Notes: generated by a model not told the origin, from the sequence alone. 40,238 bases of DNA from Minisyncoccia bacterium (GCA_965661755.1 CBFIEZ010000001.1:1-40238); one strand, 5' to 3'; counted from the first letter of the stretch, positions 12,321 through 20,770 are shown. Made by a program: numbers and translations.

Positions 12321-13084
12321 ACATTGATATTAGGGCTAAAGTGTGTCTTCATCTGCAATACTTCTTGCTTGCCATAATGTGCAACCTCAGCCTTAAGATT
12401 AGCATATACTTTGTATCATAGATCCTTGCATCTCTCAAAGAAACATAGATCTTCTGATATACATCTTTGCACCTTCTTAATGTTCCCATTCTCTACTTGG
12501 TATTGTGTCTCCCATCCTTCATGTTGATCTTGATGGAGATATTGCTCAGGCTTTCATGTGATGAGGTTGTTGACCCAATATTGGATCTGAAACTCAAAGC
12601 ATTGCCCTTGGTGTGTAAGGTACATCCTATCCACAACATCTCTACTTATGAGGACACATCATGTCCCACAGTTCTCTACCTCAATGATAGGCTCTTTATA
12701 GGTGCTTATATCTGTGATATGAGACTTAAGTCACTCATCATTAAAGCTAAAGATATTAGTAAGCTGATCCTTTGCCTCCTGGTGTCTAAGTGGAACTACT
12801 CAAGTCACAATGTCTTTGTCTGATTCTAAGAGGAGCTTTAGAGTATCAAACTGTGCAATCTGGTCATCATCGAAAAACCATATGTAGTCACAATTCTCAA
12901 TCCTAGATCTCTCTAGCAAGAGATTCCTTGCATACTGTACAGGCTGGCGTTCTACTATCGATATATTGTCAAAGACTAGCTCATATCACTCAGGGATCTC
13001 CTGATGCATGATGCTAAAGAGAACCCTTGGCTTTATACTTCCTGAACCAGAAGGAATCGCTACCATTACCTTTTTCTTTCTCAT
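12314..13084 (-). CDS. GT2-like glycosyltransferase (256 aa)
   Basis: VMVAIPSGSG, FFDDD (DxD), NCGT[TGA]CVLISRDV and EDLCFFERCKDL[TGA]YKV. There are 6 in-frame TGA, checked codon by codon. The start is ambiguous: 13084, 13144 or 13201. Confidence 0.65.
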
Positions 13085-13221
13085 TGTGCCATTTGCAATA
13101 AGCTGTAAATCTATCGATCTCATATTGTCTATAGTGGAGATCATTATTGTATAGTGCTTGGTAGAGATCTTGGATCTGCTTAATGAGTCAATCCATATCA
13201 ATCTTCTTAGTTCATAGGATT

Positions 13222-13806
13222 CTATACTCTTTCCACTTCAATCACTTTTCCTCAAAGGTTCTCACTATCTCCAATGATATTAGATGGGGATATTTCTTTA
13301 TCTTCTTCATGTGCTTCCGCATCACTTCCGGGAGTGCCGTGTTCAATCGCTTTTCTTCTTTCTGCTTCATCTGCAATGTGTGATAAACTAAATACTTTTA
13401 CATTGATGTTCTTAGTTTCCTCTGATATATGCTTGAGATTCCAGTCACTAAACTTCCTCTCTATAATCCATGCATATCTTTGCCATCCTTTTTCATCCCA
13501 TTGCATCTTTCTAAAGAGCTTTTTCTTCTGTATGAATATGGCTGTTGCATAAAGAGTGAGAAACTTCTGCAACCTTGGCTCAAGTTCCTCATATTTCTTA
13601 GTATTGACTTCTACCTTATATGCTCTGAATGTGTCATAGCTTACAGTGAGCATTGGATCTATCTTTTTGACTCTTTTATTTACTTCAAAGTAGAGATCCT
13701 CATCAGTCATTATTATGGCGTTTATGTCATCATTAACGACCTTTTCAAACTCCTGTAATCGATACACACTTAGTTTCTTTGGTCTTCCATTCTCTGTAAC
13801 TCACAT
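13222..13806 (-). CDS. terS: Putative terminase small subunit (194 aa)
   Basis: N-terminal M[TGA]VTENGRPKK followed by an HTH-like segment and ..WQRYAWIIERKFSDWN, a pattern typical of small terminases. About 2.7 kb separates it from terL. Confidence 0.45.
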
Positions 13807-13807
13807 A

Positions 13808-14467
13808 TTATCTCTTGCAGTGTAAAAGATGTGTCCTATCTAATGGATCATTGTCTATTAGCTTAACATCGAATCATTGTTTCTCAAAGCCTCACATTAG
13901 ATTGTGCACACTTCATACTCATGTCATAAACTCATGTGTCTCAAACATCATCTCATTTACGGTATCTGGGACTATCATGTCTCTAAACATCTCTATCTCT
14001 CATCCTTCACAATCGCATTTTATCTTAGTAATGCCATATGTCTCAATAAGGTGCTTGATTCATACTGCTGGCACTTCTACCTTCTCATCTCCTTCAAAAG
14101 GCATAGTAGTATTGTGTCATCCATTGATTCATATAGTGAGAATTGTAACCCCATCTTCTTTTGCTCATGCAACTGGTAGTGCCATTACATTCTCAATACC
14201 ATTTACTTTAAGATGCTGGAGTAGAAGATCATAGTTGTGCTTATATGGCTCTAATGTAATAACTTGTTTTACTTTGTCAGCTACATAGATGTCGTAACTT
14301 CCAATATGTCATCATATGTTGAGTACCTTATCCTCTTTGTTGTAATCCATCTCATAGCATCGATCTATGAGGACTTCTTTTAGGACATATTGCTCATCTG
14401 TTCATGGTGTAAAGTAGAATATCTTTCAGTCTACCACTGCTTTTCTTCTTCCTTCTTCTATGCCCAT
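13808..14467 (-). CDS. FkbM-family SAM-dependent methyltransferase (219 aa)
   Basis: VLNI[TGA][TGA]HIGSY, a Gly-rich SAM motif with tandem TGA at 14309-14314, plus ITKIKCDCEG[TGA]E. There are 13 in-frame TGA and no in-frame TAA/TAG. Confidence 0.65.
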
Positions 14468-14475
14468 TGGTACAC

Positions 14476-14658
14476 TTAAGAATAAATATGTTTCTCCACT
14501 ATGTTCCTTTCTTGTTGCTTATGCCTAAAGACCTTCTTCTTGTTGTTGAGAAGGCTTTGAGCTATCTGGCTCTTTATCATTTTGAGCTTGGTTTCTAATT
14601 GGCTACTTGATAAGTGACCTACCTCTCTATCATACTTCTTTTCCTGGTATTGATTCAT
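14476..14658 (-). CDS. Hypothetical protein (60 aa)
   Basis: ORF-track ORF ending in TAA, packed tightly between neighbouring genes. Confidence 0.4.
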   Translation of the reverse strand: MNQYQEKKYDREVGHLSSSQLETKLKMIKSQIAQSLLNNKKKVFRHKQQERNIVEKHIYS

Positions 14659-14677
14659 AGGTACTTGAGATAGTAAA

Positions 14678-14881
14678 TTAGTCTCTTGGTTTCCCCTTAG
14701 TTTTCTTCCATGCTAGTGCCTTTTTCTTCTTTGTCTCAAGATCTAGAATATATGCCTTAGACAATCCTAGTCTAATAGCTCTCTTAATCCTTCTATCTAC
14801 TATGTTTGCCGTTTGGACATAACCACTAGGGTTAAGATTCCTCTTGAACTTAGATCCTCTATTTGCTGTCTTGCTTGCCAT
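14678..14881 (-). CDS. Small basic protein (67 aa, begins MASK)
   Basis: ATG 14881 to TAA 14678-14680. K/R-rich. It overlaps the upstream gene by 23 nt. Confidence 0.4.
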   Translation of the reverse strand: MASKTANRGSKFKRNLNPSGYVQTANIVDRRIKRAIRLGLSKAYILDLETKKKKALAWKKTKGKPRD

Positions 14882-15068
14882 GTTTTTTTTCAATAGCAGC
14901 TAAAATATCTTTTTCTTTTACATTCTTCTTGCCTTTTAGATCATTTGCTATTTCTTTTGCCTTCTCATACTTCCATTGCTCAAATCTCCTCTCCATTTCT
15001 TTCTTCCTGGCTTTTCTTCTTTCTGGTCTACTCATCTTTGATCTTGTTGAGGGCTTCTTACTTGCCAT
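14859..15068 (-). CDS. Small basic protein (69 aa, begins MASK)
   Basis: ORF-track ORF ending in TAG, very K/R/E-rich. Confidence 0.4.
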   Translation of the reverse strand: MASKKPSTRSKMSRPERRKARKKEMERRFEQWKYEKAKEIANDLKGKKNVKEKDILAAIEKKHGKQDSK

Positions 15069-15086
15069 TGTGCAATCTTGTATAAA

Positions 15087-15323
15087 TTAAAAACTTCCCC
15101 ATCTTTTCTTTCCACTTCTTGCTAGTGGTCTTCTTACACCAGGAGTCTCACATCCACATGTTTTTGTTTGTCCTGAGGTAAGGTTACTAAGTCTAATCTT
15201 CTTATCATTGCCACATTTGCATCTACATAGGAAATGTCTTAGTCTAAGTCATTTGATTTCATGGATGATTGTTAGTCCATAGAACTTATCTCATTTTTTT
15301 ATTTCTAGTTTTTTTCATTGCAT
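15087..15323 (-). CDS. Small zinc-ribbon protein (78 aa)
   Basis: The ATG at 15323 is only reachable by reading 3 in-frame TGA. Motif G.KFYGLTII...CRCKCGNDKKIRLSNLTSGQTKTCGC. Confidence 0.5.
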
Positions 15324-15360
15324 TGTGAGTTTGGTATAATGGGAACTAAAAAGATATTCT

Positions 15361-15445
15361 CGGAAGATGTAGGACTCGAACCCACACACCGAATAAACGG
15401 TGTCCCATTAGCAATGGGGTGCAATAACCATTCTGCCAATCTTCC
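15361..15445 (-). tRNA. tRNA-Ser(GCU), type II with a long variable arm
   Basis: Manual cloverleaf: 7-bp acceptor stem GGAAGAT/ATCTTCC; D arm GCAG/TTGC; anticodon loop TTGCTAA; variable arm CACCG-TTTATT-CGGTG; T arm GTGGG-TTCGAGT-CCTAC; discriminator G. Confidence 0.8.
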
Positions 15446-15477
15446 ATGTACACGGAGCAAGATGATCTGTCTTGCTC

Positions 15478-15556
15478 CTTGCCATACAGGACTCGAACCT
15501 GTCCTCCTTCCCAATAACAGGAAGGCATGCTACCTAACACTATCTAGCCATATTAA
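15478..15556 (-). ncRNA. Non-canonical tRNA-like element
   Basis: Perfect T arm ACAGG-TTCGAGT-CCTGT and a D-arm-like hairpin GCTA/TAGC. The anticodon-like stem CCTTCC/GGAAGG closes an 8-nt loop, TGTTATTG. The acceptor pairs at only 5 of 7 positions. Confidence 0.35.
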
Positions 15557-15717
15557 GTGGGAGTTGAGAGTTATAGCATCTCTCAGCCTTCATCATTCTA
15601 CTATACCCTCTGGGCATAGAGTCTCATTGTGCCTTTTTAGGACACAACATTGATGATGTTCTCTCGGCTCTAAACTATCTCCCATATTTCCCCAACCACA
15701 TGATTGGGGATGACAAA
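15557..15717 (-). ncRNA. Candidate structured RNA upstream of the tRNA cluster
   Basis: No ORF is present. Nested helices visible by eye: GGGAG/CTCCC, AGCC/GGCT with CATCAT/ATGATG, TTGTGTCC-TAAAAA-GGCACAA, CTATGCCC-AGA-GGGTATAG, and GAGAG/CTCTC. Confidence 0.25.
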
Positions 15718-15921
15718 CTAGGCTACTGCCTCCTCAGAGTTAGTATGCCCTGCATCAGCAGTAGCATTCTCCTCTTGAGCTGGTGTTCCTTCTGATGCTT
15801 CTTCTGCAGGCGCAGTTGGAGCTACATTAGAATCCATAGCAGTGTCCTGTGGAGTTGTAGTTTCTGGTGCTGGGTTAAGTGCAGCTGACTGATCGTGTGT
15901 TGTTTCATCTGTCATATTCAT
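15718..15921 (-). CDS. Acidic, A/T/P/E-rich protein, probably disordered (67 aa)
   Basis: ORF-track ORF ending in TAG. No TGA. Visibly more GC-rich than its surroundings. Confidence 0.4.
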   Translation of the reverse strand: MNMTDETTHDQSAALNPAPETTTPQDTAMDSNVAPTAPAEEASEGTPAQEENATADAGHTNSEEAVA

Positions 15922-16119
15922 GTGTTATGTATGTGTGAGATTGTAAAACGTATATATCCCCACCCCCAACATACTCCTAGATGTTGATAGTTGGGGGCTT
16001 ACACCTAGCACCGATTTTCACGGCTAATCAATCTGCTCCGATAGGGTGTGGGCACGAGGGTGCAGATTTTTAGGCTCACCATGTCTAACCTCTAGTGGGC
16101 TTAGGCTACCTAGTTTTTA

Positions 16120-16665
16120 CTATTCGTGTGATACTGTGATTGACTCAATTGTATTTCCATCAAAGGTTTCAATGTATGCTCCAACATAGTGGATCTTGTT
16201 TGGCTGTGAGAGATTGTCACTAGCCCAATCATAAGTTGAGACTTTGTTCTGTTTCCATTGTACAAGTGAGATCTCATTGAGGCTGTAGACATACTCATCA
16301 TTTAAGTGTGAGAGTTGTTTGTCTTGAGTGAGTCTTCCACTTACTTCTATGCCTTTGCCGTTATTGCTTCCTTGGAATACAATGTAGATTCCTCTTGTAG
16401 ATGGCTTAGCAAGTTTGATAGTTAAGAACCCTGTAGTGATAGGATCAGAGCTAATAATCTGCATGGTGTTCTTTGTGAGATAGTTATTGAGCACCGCACT
16501 TCTTTCATCAAAGGTCATTGCCATAAACTTTTTCTCTCCCCATGGCTGTTGTGCTGGATGGTATACCTCATCTTGTAACACTTGAGGTGCTCCAATCACT
16601 GCAGTCAATGTTGCAATAGCCCCAGTGTGGGTTGTCTGTGTTGGTGCTTCATCTTTAGAAGACAT
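16120..16665 (-). CDS. Hypothetical protein (181 aa)
   Basis: Uninterrupted ORF ending in TAG with no TGA codons. Confidence 0.55.
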   Translation of the reverse strand: MSSKDEAPTQTTHTGAIATLTAVIGAPQVLQDEVYHPAQQPWGEKKFMAMTFDERSAVLNNYLTKNTMQIISSDPITTGFLTIKLAKPSTRGIYIVFQGSNNGKGIEVSGRLTQDKQLSHLNDEYVYSLNEISLVQWKQNKVSTYDWASDNLSQPNKIHYVGAYIETFDGNTIESITVSHE

Positions 16666-16768
16666 AACACTCTTTCAGATAAAAAATCATGCAATTCATA
16701 CTATCAAAATGGCTAACACAACTAGTAATGTCTTCTTCATACTTTCCGATATATAAGAGGGTAAAATA

Positions 16769-16960
16769 CTATTTAATTCCTTGGGCATGCAGCTTCTTAT
16801 TAACTTTGTCATATTCTTTTTTTGCCTCCATAAGATCCTTCCCTCATCCATATGTGGCTGAAAGTCTCTTGATCTTTTTGGCTAGCCCCTCTCTCTGATT
16901 CTCTAGGAGAGACATTTTGTCCATGTCAGATACTTTTTGATATTTTTTCCAATCGGTCAT
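16769..16960 (-). CDS. Hypothetical protein (63 aa)
   Basis: ATG 16960 to TAG 16769-16771, one in-frame TGA. Its start is 1 nt from the upstream stop. Confidence 0.4.
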
Positions 16961-16961
16961 T

Positions 16962-17183
16962 TTACTTGCTCGGATTAAATGTGTAGACACCTCGCCAGTG
17001 TCCTGTTTTCTTGTTGTACTTTCTTTCCATGGTTATTGCCTTAGATCCATATTTGACTCTAAGTCTTCTAACAATTTCACTATATCTATAGATTCATGCA
17101 TTGATGAAATCTCTAGGTGTAAGTGTTAATTTATCCTGGAACATTTTATCTCATTTAAGTGTTTGGGTTTCATATCCTTGCAT
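16962..17183 (-). CDS. Hypothetical protein (73 aa)
   Basis: ATG 17183 to TAA 16962-16964, 2 in-frame TGA. Confidence 0.4.
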
Positions 17184-17208
17184 TGTGCGTAATGTGAATA
17201 ATAAAAGT

Positions 17209-17904
17209 TTAAGGGTGTTTAGGTTTCTTTGCTTCTAGTTGGGCTATCTTCGCTTCCCAATGTTCGAAGGCATCTTTTGTCATAAATTGTCGCGTATCAA
17301 AATTGATCGTGTACTTATCGATCTCAATTTGCTTTACTGCATCTTCTCCAATTTTTTTCACAAGGTTCTTCCTATAGAGTGCTTTACATTCATTAGCAAC
17401 TTCCATTCATCGCTTACCAGACATCTTTCCATTACAGTCCTTACATTGAAAGTTTATATTATCGAGGTTGAAGGCTACTGATCCTTTCCCTCTTGATTCA
17501 TAATGTCATCCACATCATCCATCCTTTTCCCAGAACATCCTTTTAGCACAACATATGCAATATCCATAGCCATCAGCAAATGTGTCTCTTAGCCTCACAT
17601 ACTTTTGGAGCAAGACTAGCATTTCTTCTTTACCTCTTGGAGCTACTTTTTTCTTATATTGTACTATTTTGTGACCTTTCTCTGCTCTGTGTATATTCTT
17701 TATCTCTTTTTCCATTTTATCATTGAGTTTCTTAGTCCATCTATCTACTTCCTTCTTGCATCTCTCTTTCCAATATTTACCTCTGTTAATACATTCCTTC
17801 TTTTTCTTCAAACAAAAACGCAATGTTATCTCTCTTTTCTTTTGGAGCATCTTACTCTTATATTCACGCTCCACCTGATCTTTAGTTTTAAGTTTTTTCT
17901 TCAT
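17209..17904 (-). CDS. NinG/Rap-like recombination protein (231 aa)
   Basis: It fuses 17515..17919 and 17209..17406 across 3 in-frame TGA. Pattern: LRD..ADGYGYCICC....GGHYESRG..AFNLDNINFQCKDCN. Confidence 0.5.
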
Positions 17905-17916
17905 ACGAAAAATGCC

Positions 17917-17931
17917 CACAATTAAATTGTG
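17917..17931. promoter_or_regulatory. Perfect 15-bp palindrome, operator-like
   Basis: CACAATT-A-AATTGTG, 13 nt upstream of the NinG-like ATG. Confidence 0.35.
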
Positions 17932-17961
17932 AGTGCAGTGTTTCTTTTATGTGACAAAACT

Positions 17962-17989
17962 ATGATATAAAAAACGGCTTATTTTACAA
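17962..17989 (-). promoter_or_regulatory. Candidate sigma-70-like promoter for the minus-strand arm
   Basis: On the minus strand: TTGTAA, a 16-nt spacer, then TATCAT, upstream of the first minus-strand gene. Confidence 0.35.
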
Positions 17990-18076
17990 TACTAAAACAA
18001 AAGGTTATCGTCCAATTTGGAGTTTAGATTGTATTTACCATTTACATTTCTAGAGTTTTGCAGTCACATAAATTAT

Positions 18077-18457
18077 ATGCCGTACTCATTTTTAGCTGGT
18101 AACAAGCCAACTATGATAAATGAGGTACATAATTTATGCTATTATTTAGAAATTGTTAGATATGCCAGTCCAGAGACGATAAGAAAATATAAATTATATC
18201 TTACTATGTTTTTTAGGTATATAAAGAAGCGTGGTATATATGATGTGAGTGATATAAAATTAAGCCTCATAGAAGACTATAAAAAATATCTATATAAGTA
18301 TTATAACGATAGCACCACGGTAAAAGCCATATCCAACCTAAGATGATACTTCAAATATAGAGCAATAATAGATGCACCATTGATCCATTATGAAAGAATT
18401 GAAAACATAAAAAGTCCTTATTGATACTACCATAAAACACCCATATTTTATAGCTAA
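18077..18457 (+). pseudogene. Tyrosine-recombinase (integrase) relic: only the N-terminal SAM-like core-binding domain is present
   Basis: ..YASPETIRKYKLYLTMFFRYIKKRGIYDVSDIKLSLIEDYKKYL......TVKAISNLR[TGA]YFKY matches the XerC/D-type N-terminal domain. The ORF stops at TAA 18455-18457, before any catalytic domain. An alternative start is at 18113. Confidence 0.55.
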
Positions 18458-18578
18458 ATGTCAATTATAGGAGAGATTTTCTTTTATTTGTGACATAATT
18501 TATTCAGTTGTATATCTCTTAGATCGTGCTTAACGACTCATTTTTCATATTCTCAATAAAAAATCATGTAATTTAGAT

Positions 18579-18607
18579 TTGACGTGTGACTATGTTTCGG
18601 TTAAGAT
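18579..18607 (+). promoter_or_regulatory. Sigma-70-like promoter
   Basis: TTGACG, a 17-nt spacer, then TAAGAT. The spacer contains a TGTGAC motif. Confidence 0.45.
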
Positions 18608-18613
18608 AGTATC

Positions 18614-18827
18614 AATATCAAGTCACGAGAAAATATATAGTTTACCGGTAGAATACAAAAACCCTCTAACCGGAGAGGATATAGCTTTGCACCTTAACTC
18701 CCATTAACCATGGGTCTTATATCTTGTGCACACCTGAGCGACGGACTGTCCCAATGTGCACTAGAGGTGCTAATCTAGATCCCATAACTTATATGACATC
18801 GTACTTGGTAGAGTGCGGTGTTTTTTT
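18614..18827 (+). ncRNA. Candidate structured leader or small RNA 1 (about 210 nt)
   Basis: It lies between the promoter at 18579 and an intrinsic terminator. Helices: CCTCT/AGAGG, GCACCT/AGGTGC (long range), CCCAT/ATGGG, GTGCAC/GTGCAC. No ORF. Confidence 0.4.
18797..18827 (+). terminator. Rho-independent terminator
   Basis: CATCGTACT-TGGTAG-AGTGCGGTG forms a 9-bp stem (2 G-U pairs) and is followed by T7. Confidence 0.6.
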
Positions 18828-18834
18828 ATGTGAC

Positions 18835-18959
18835 AATAAACAATGCCAAGCACAAATCTAATCCGTCCCAGTAAGACCGCTCAAAGAAAGGACAAATAAG
18901 AGGATTAGGTCGACGGAAGATAAGCGGTCTTAGGTCTAATACTCTTATTTGTTTTTTTT
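18835..18959 (+). ncRNA. Candidate structured RNA 2 (about 125 nt)
   Basis: Two crossing helix pairs, CCGTC/GACGG and AAGACCGCT/AGCGGTCTT, give a pseudoknot topology. They lie partly inside the loop of a long terminator hairpin. Confidence 0.35.
18892..18959 (+). terminator. Rho-independent terminator with a long hairpin
   Basis: Perfect 11-bp stem ACAAATAAGAG/CTCTTATTTGT, extended by ATTAG/CTAAT, followed by T8. Confidence 0.6.
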
Positions 18960-19031
18960 AAGAGTGTCTAGTCATGTCTAGGAGTTTTCAACACTCCCCA
19001 CTACCCTTTACCTTTATACCCATGTTAATAG

Positions 19032-19181
19032 ATGCAACACGATGAGCAAATGGAATTAGATCCAGAACAAGAGCTAGAGGCTCAACAACAAAGTAACTAT
19101 GAAGATGAGACAGAAGAAGAGTTCAACAGGAACAATGCAAGGTTGGACATCCCTACTCTTAACGAGAGGCTATCATGCTAA
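19032..19181 (+). CDS. Small acidic protein (49 aa), first ORF of the early arm
   Basis: ATG 19032 to TAA 19179-19181. E/Q/D-rich. Confidence 0.35.
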   Translation: MQHDEQMELDPEQELEAQQQSNYEDETEEEFNRNNARLDIPTLNERLSC

Positions 19182-19292
19182 GCAGGACACTCCTCTCCCT
19201 CTATCTAGCTAAGCTATCATATGGTGCTCTCGATCATGGGCACACACTGATACTCTACAGCTACATCCTAATGATGACAATTATGCTTTATT

Positions 19293-19595
19293 ATGCTTAC
19301 AAACACTCCCATGCAAATCAGTGAAAAAGACAAAAAAAGGTACATCACAATTGTAAAGTTATTCTCCAAAGGAGATAAGAAGAACTACATAGGCTATGAT
19401 AAGAAGAACAACGCCTATGACATACAAACATTTTGGTATGTACCAAACTCCCCTCGTTGCAGACATGGTGGAAGATGACCTACAATATGTCATCCATATC
19501 AGATTATCACACAAGGATGATTTGTATACAGCCGAAATGCAAAGAAGGATGTTTACTCTCCTACAACCCAACACTTCATACTCGATATAAAGTAA
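19293..19595 (+). CDS. Hypothetical ORF (100 aa under table 25); only its first half looks protein-like
   Basis: Frame-0 ORF open through 2 TGA to TAA 19593-19595. It overlaps the frame-1 ORF 19396..19590. Confidence 0.25.
19396..19590 (+). CDS. Hypothetical ORF (64 aa), an alternative frame to 19293..19595
   Basis: ORF-track ORF. Its composition is more natural than that of the overlapping frame over this interval. Confidence 0.3.
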   Translation: MIRRTTPMTYKHFGMYQTPLVADMVEDDLQYVIHIRLSHKDDLYTAEMQRRMFTLLQPNTSYSI

Positions 19596-19621
19596 TATTT
19601 ATCTCAATCATCTACCAGGTT

Positions 19622-20410
19622 ATGGCAAAACAAAGAGTAGTTAAAACATCCTTCTGGTCAGATCAATATATTGAGACATTGCCCTCAATGATAAGATACT
19701 TGTTTTTATACCTGCTAACCAATGAGTCAGCAAACCTCATATGAATATATGAGCTAAGTATAAAGAGAATGGTCTTTGAGACATGACTCTCTGAAACTGA
19801 TGTAGATGAAGCACTAAAGAAACTAGAGAAAGATGAAAAGGTGTTCTATTTGGATAACCGAGTGGTGTTCAAGAACTATCTGAGGCATCAATCCATGAAC
19901 CCATCAGTTGTACAAGGAATGTTACGTGAAAGAGAGTTGCTACCTACAAAGTTAATAGAGCGTATAGAGTCTGATGACAGGCTGTCTACAGCACGGTACA
20001 CTTTACTTAACTTAACCTTACCTAACTCTACTCAACCTAAAGGTAGTACAGAGTTGTTTGAAAAGTTTTGGATTGCTTATCCAAGAAAGGAAGCAAAAGG
20101 GAATGCTGAAAAATCATTTATAAAGTCTTTAGAGAAAACAGACATAGAAAAAATCCTTACTTGAGTTGAAAATTACATTGTAAGGATCCGCAAAGAAAAG
20201 ATTGAAAAACAATTTATAAAACTACCAGCCACTTGGCTTAACCAGGAGTGTTGGAATGATGAGAGCAAAGTAAAGATCCCATCAGCTCCTCCACCTAGAG
20301 TGGAAGAAGATCCGCCTCCTCCACTATCAGAACTAACTCCAGAACAAAAGAAAGCAAGGATGGATGCAATAGCGAAAACAAGAGCTAATTTACATGCTAA
20401 AATCACATAA
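19622..20410 (+). CDS. Replication organizer/initiator, DnaD-like (262 aa)
   Basis: It fuses 19433..19744 and 19841..20164 and their flanks across 3 TGA. N-terminal KTSFWSD..I..L and a C-terminal FEKFWIAYPRKEAKGNAEK....LPATWLNQECWNDE motif. Confidence 0.55.
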
Positions 20411-20589
20411 TGAAAAATGCTTTAATGAATTGCTTAGCCTATCCTCTACACATAAGGGCTCTAGAGATAGAATATAGAATAACATGAAATGAGGATCTCA
20501 TTGAGGAGATAAGATATGCTAAGAAGCTCTATAAGGCAAGTGTGATTTATTACCATTACATATCAAACAATGAGCAATTACTGGCTTAA
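20410..20589 (+). CDS. Hypothetical protein (59 aa)
   Basis: The ATG overlaps the upstream TAA (TAATG). One in-frame TGA. Confidence 0.35.
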
Positions 20590-20596
20590 GAAAGCA

Positions 20597-20761
20597 ATGA
20601 TGGATTGAGCTGCTATTAAGAAGAAAAAGAGACAACAAGAATTAGCAAATGATCCTGAATATCAAAAGAAGAAAGCTGAATCACTAGATAGCATGAATGA
20701 AATAAAGAAGTTCCAAAATGATGCTAAAGATATGAGAGATAAGATTTTATGATCTAATTAG
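20597..20761 (+). CDS. Hypothetical protein (54 aa)
   Basis: Table-25 ORF with 2 in-frame TGA, ending in TAG. Confidence 0.3.
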
Positions 20762-20770
20762 TTGTTACTA

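Noticed and set aside
15478-15556. An ochre-suppressor tRNA, since UUA occurs within the loop TGTTATTG.
   Set aside because: TAA clearly functions as a stop throughout the genome. A 7-nt loop version needs a C-A mismatch and a G at position 33, and the acceptor stem is defective.
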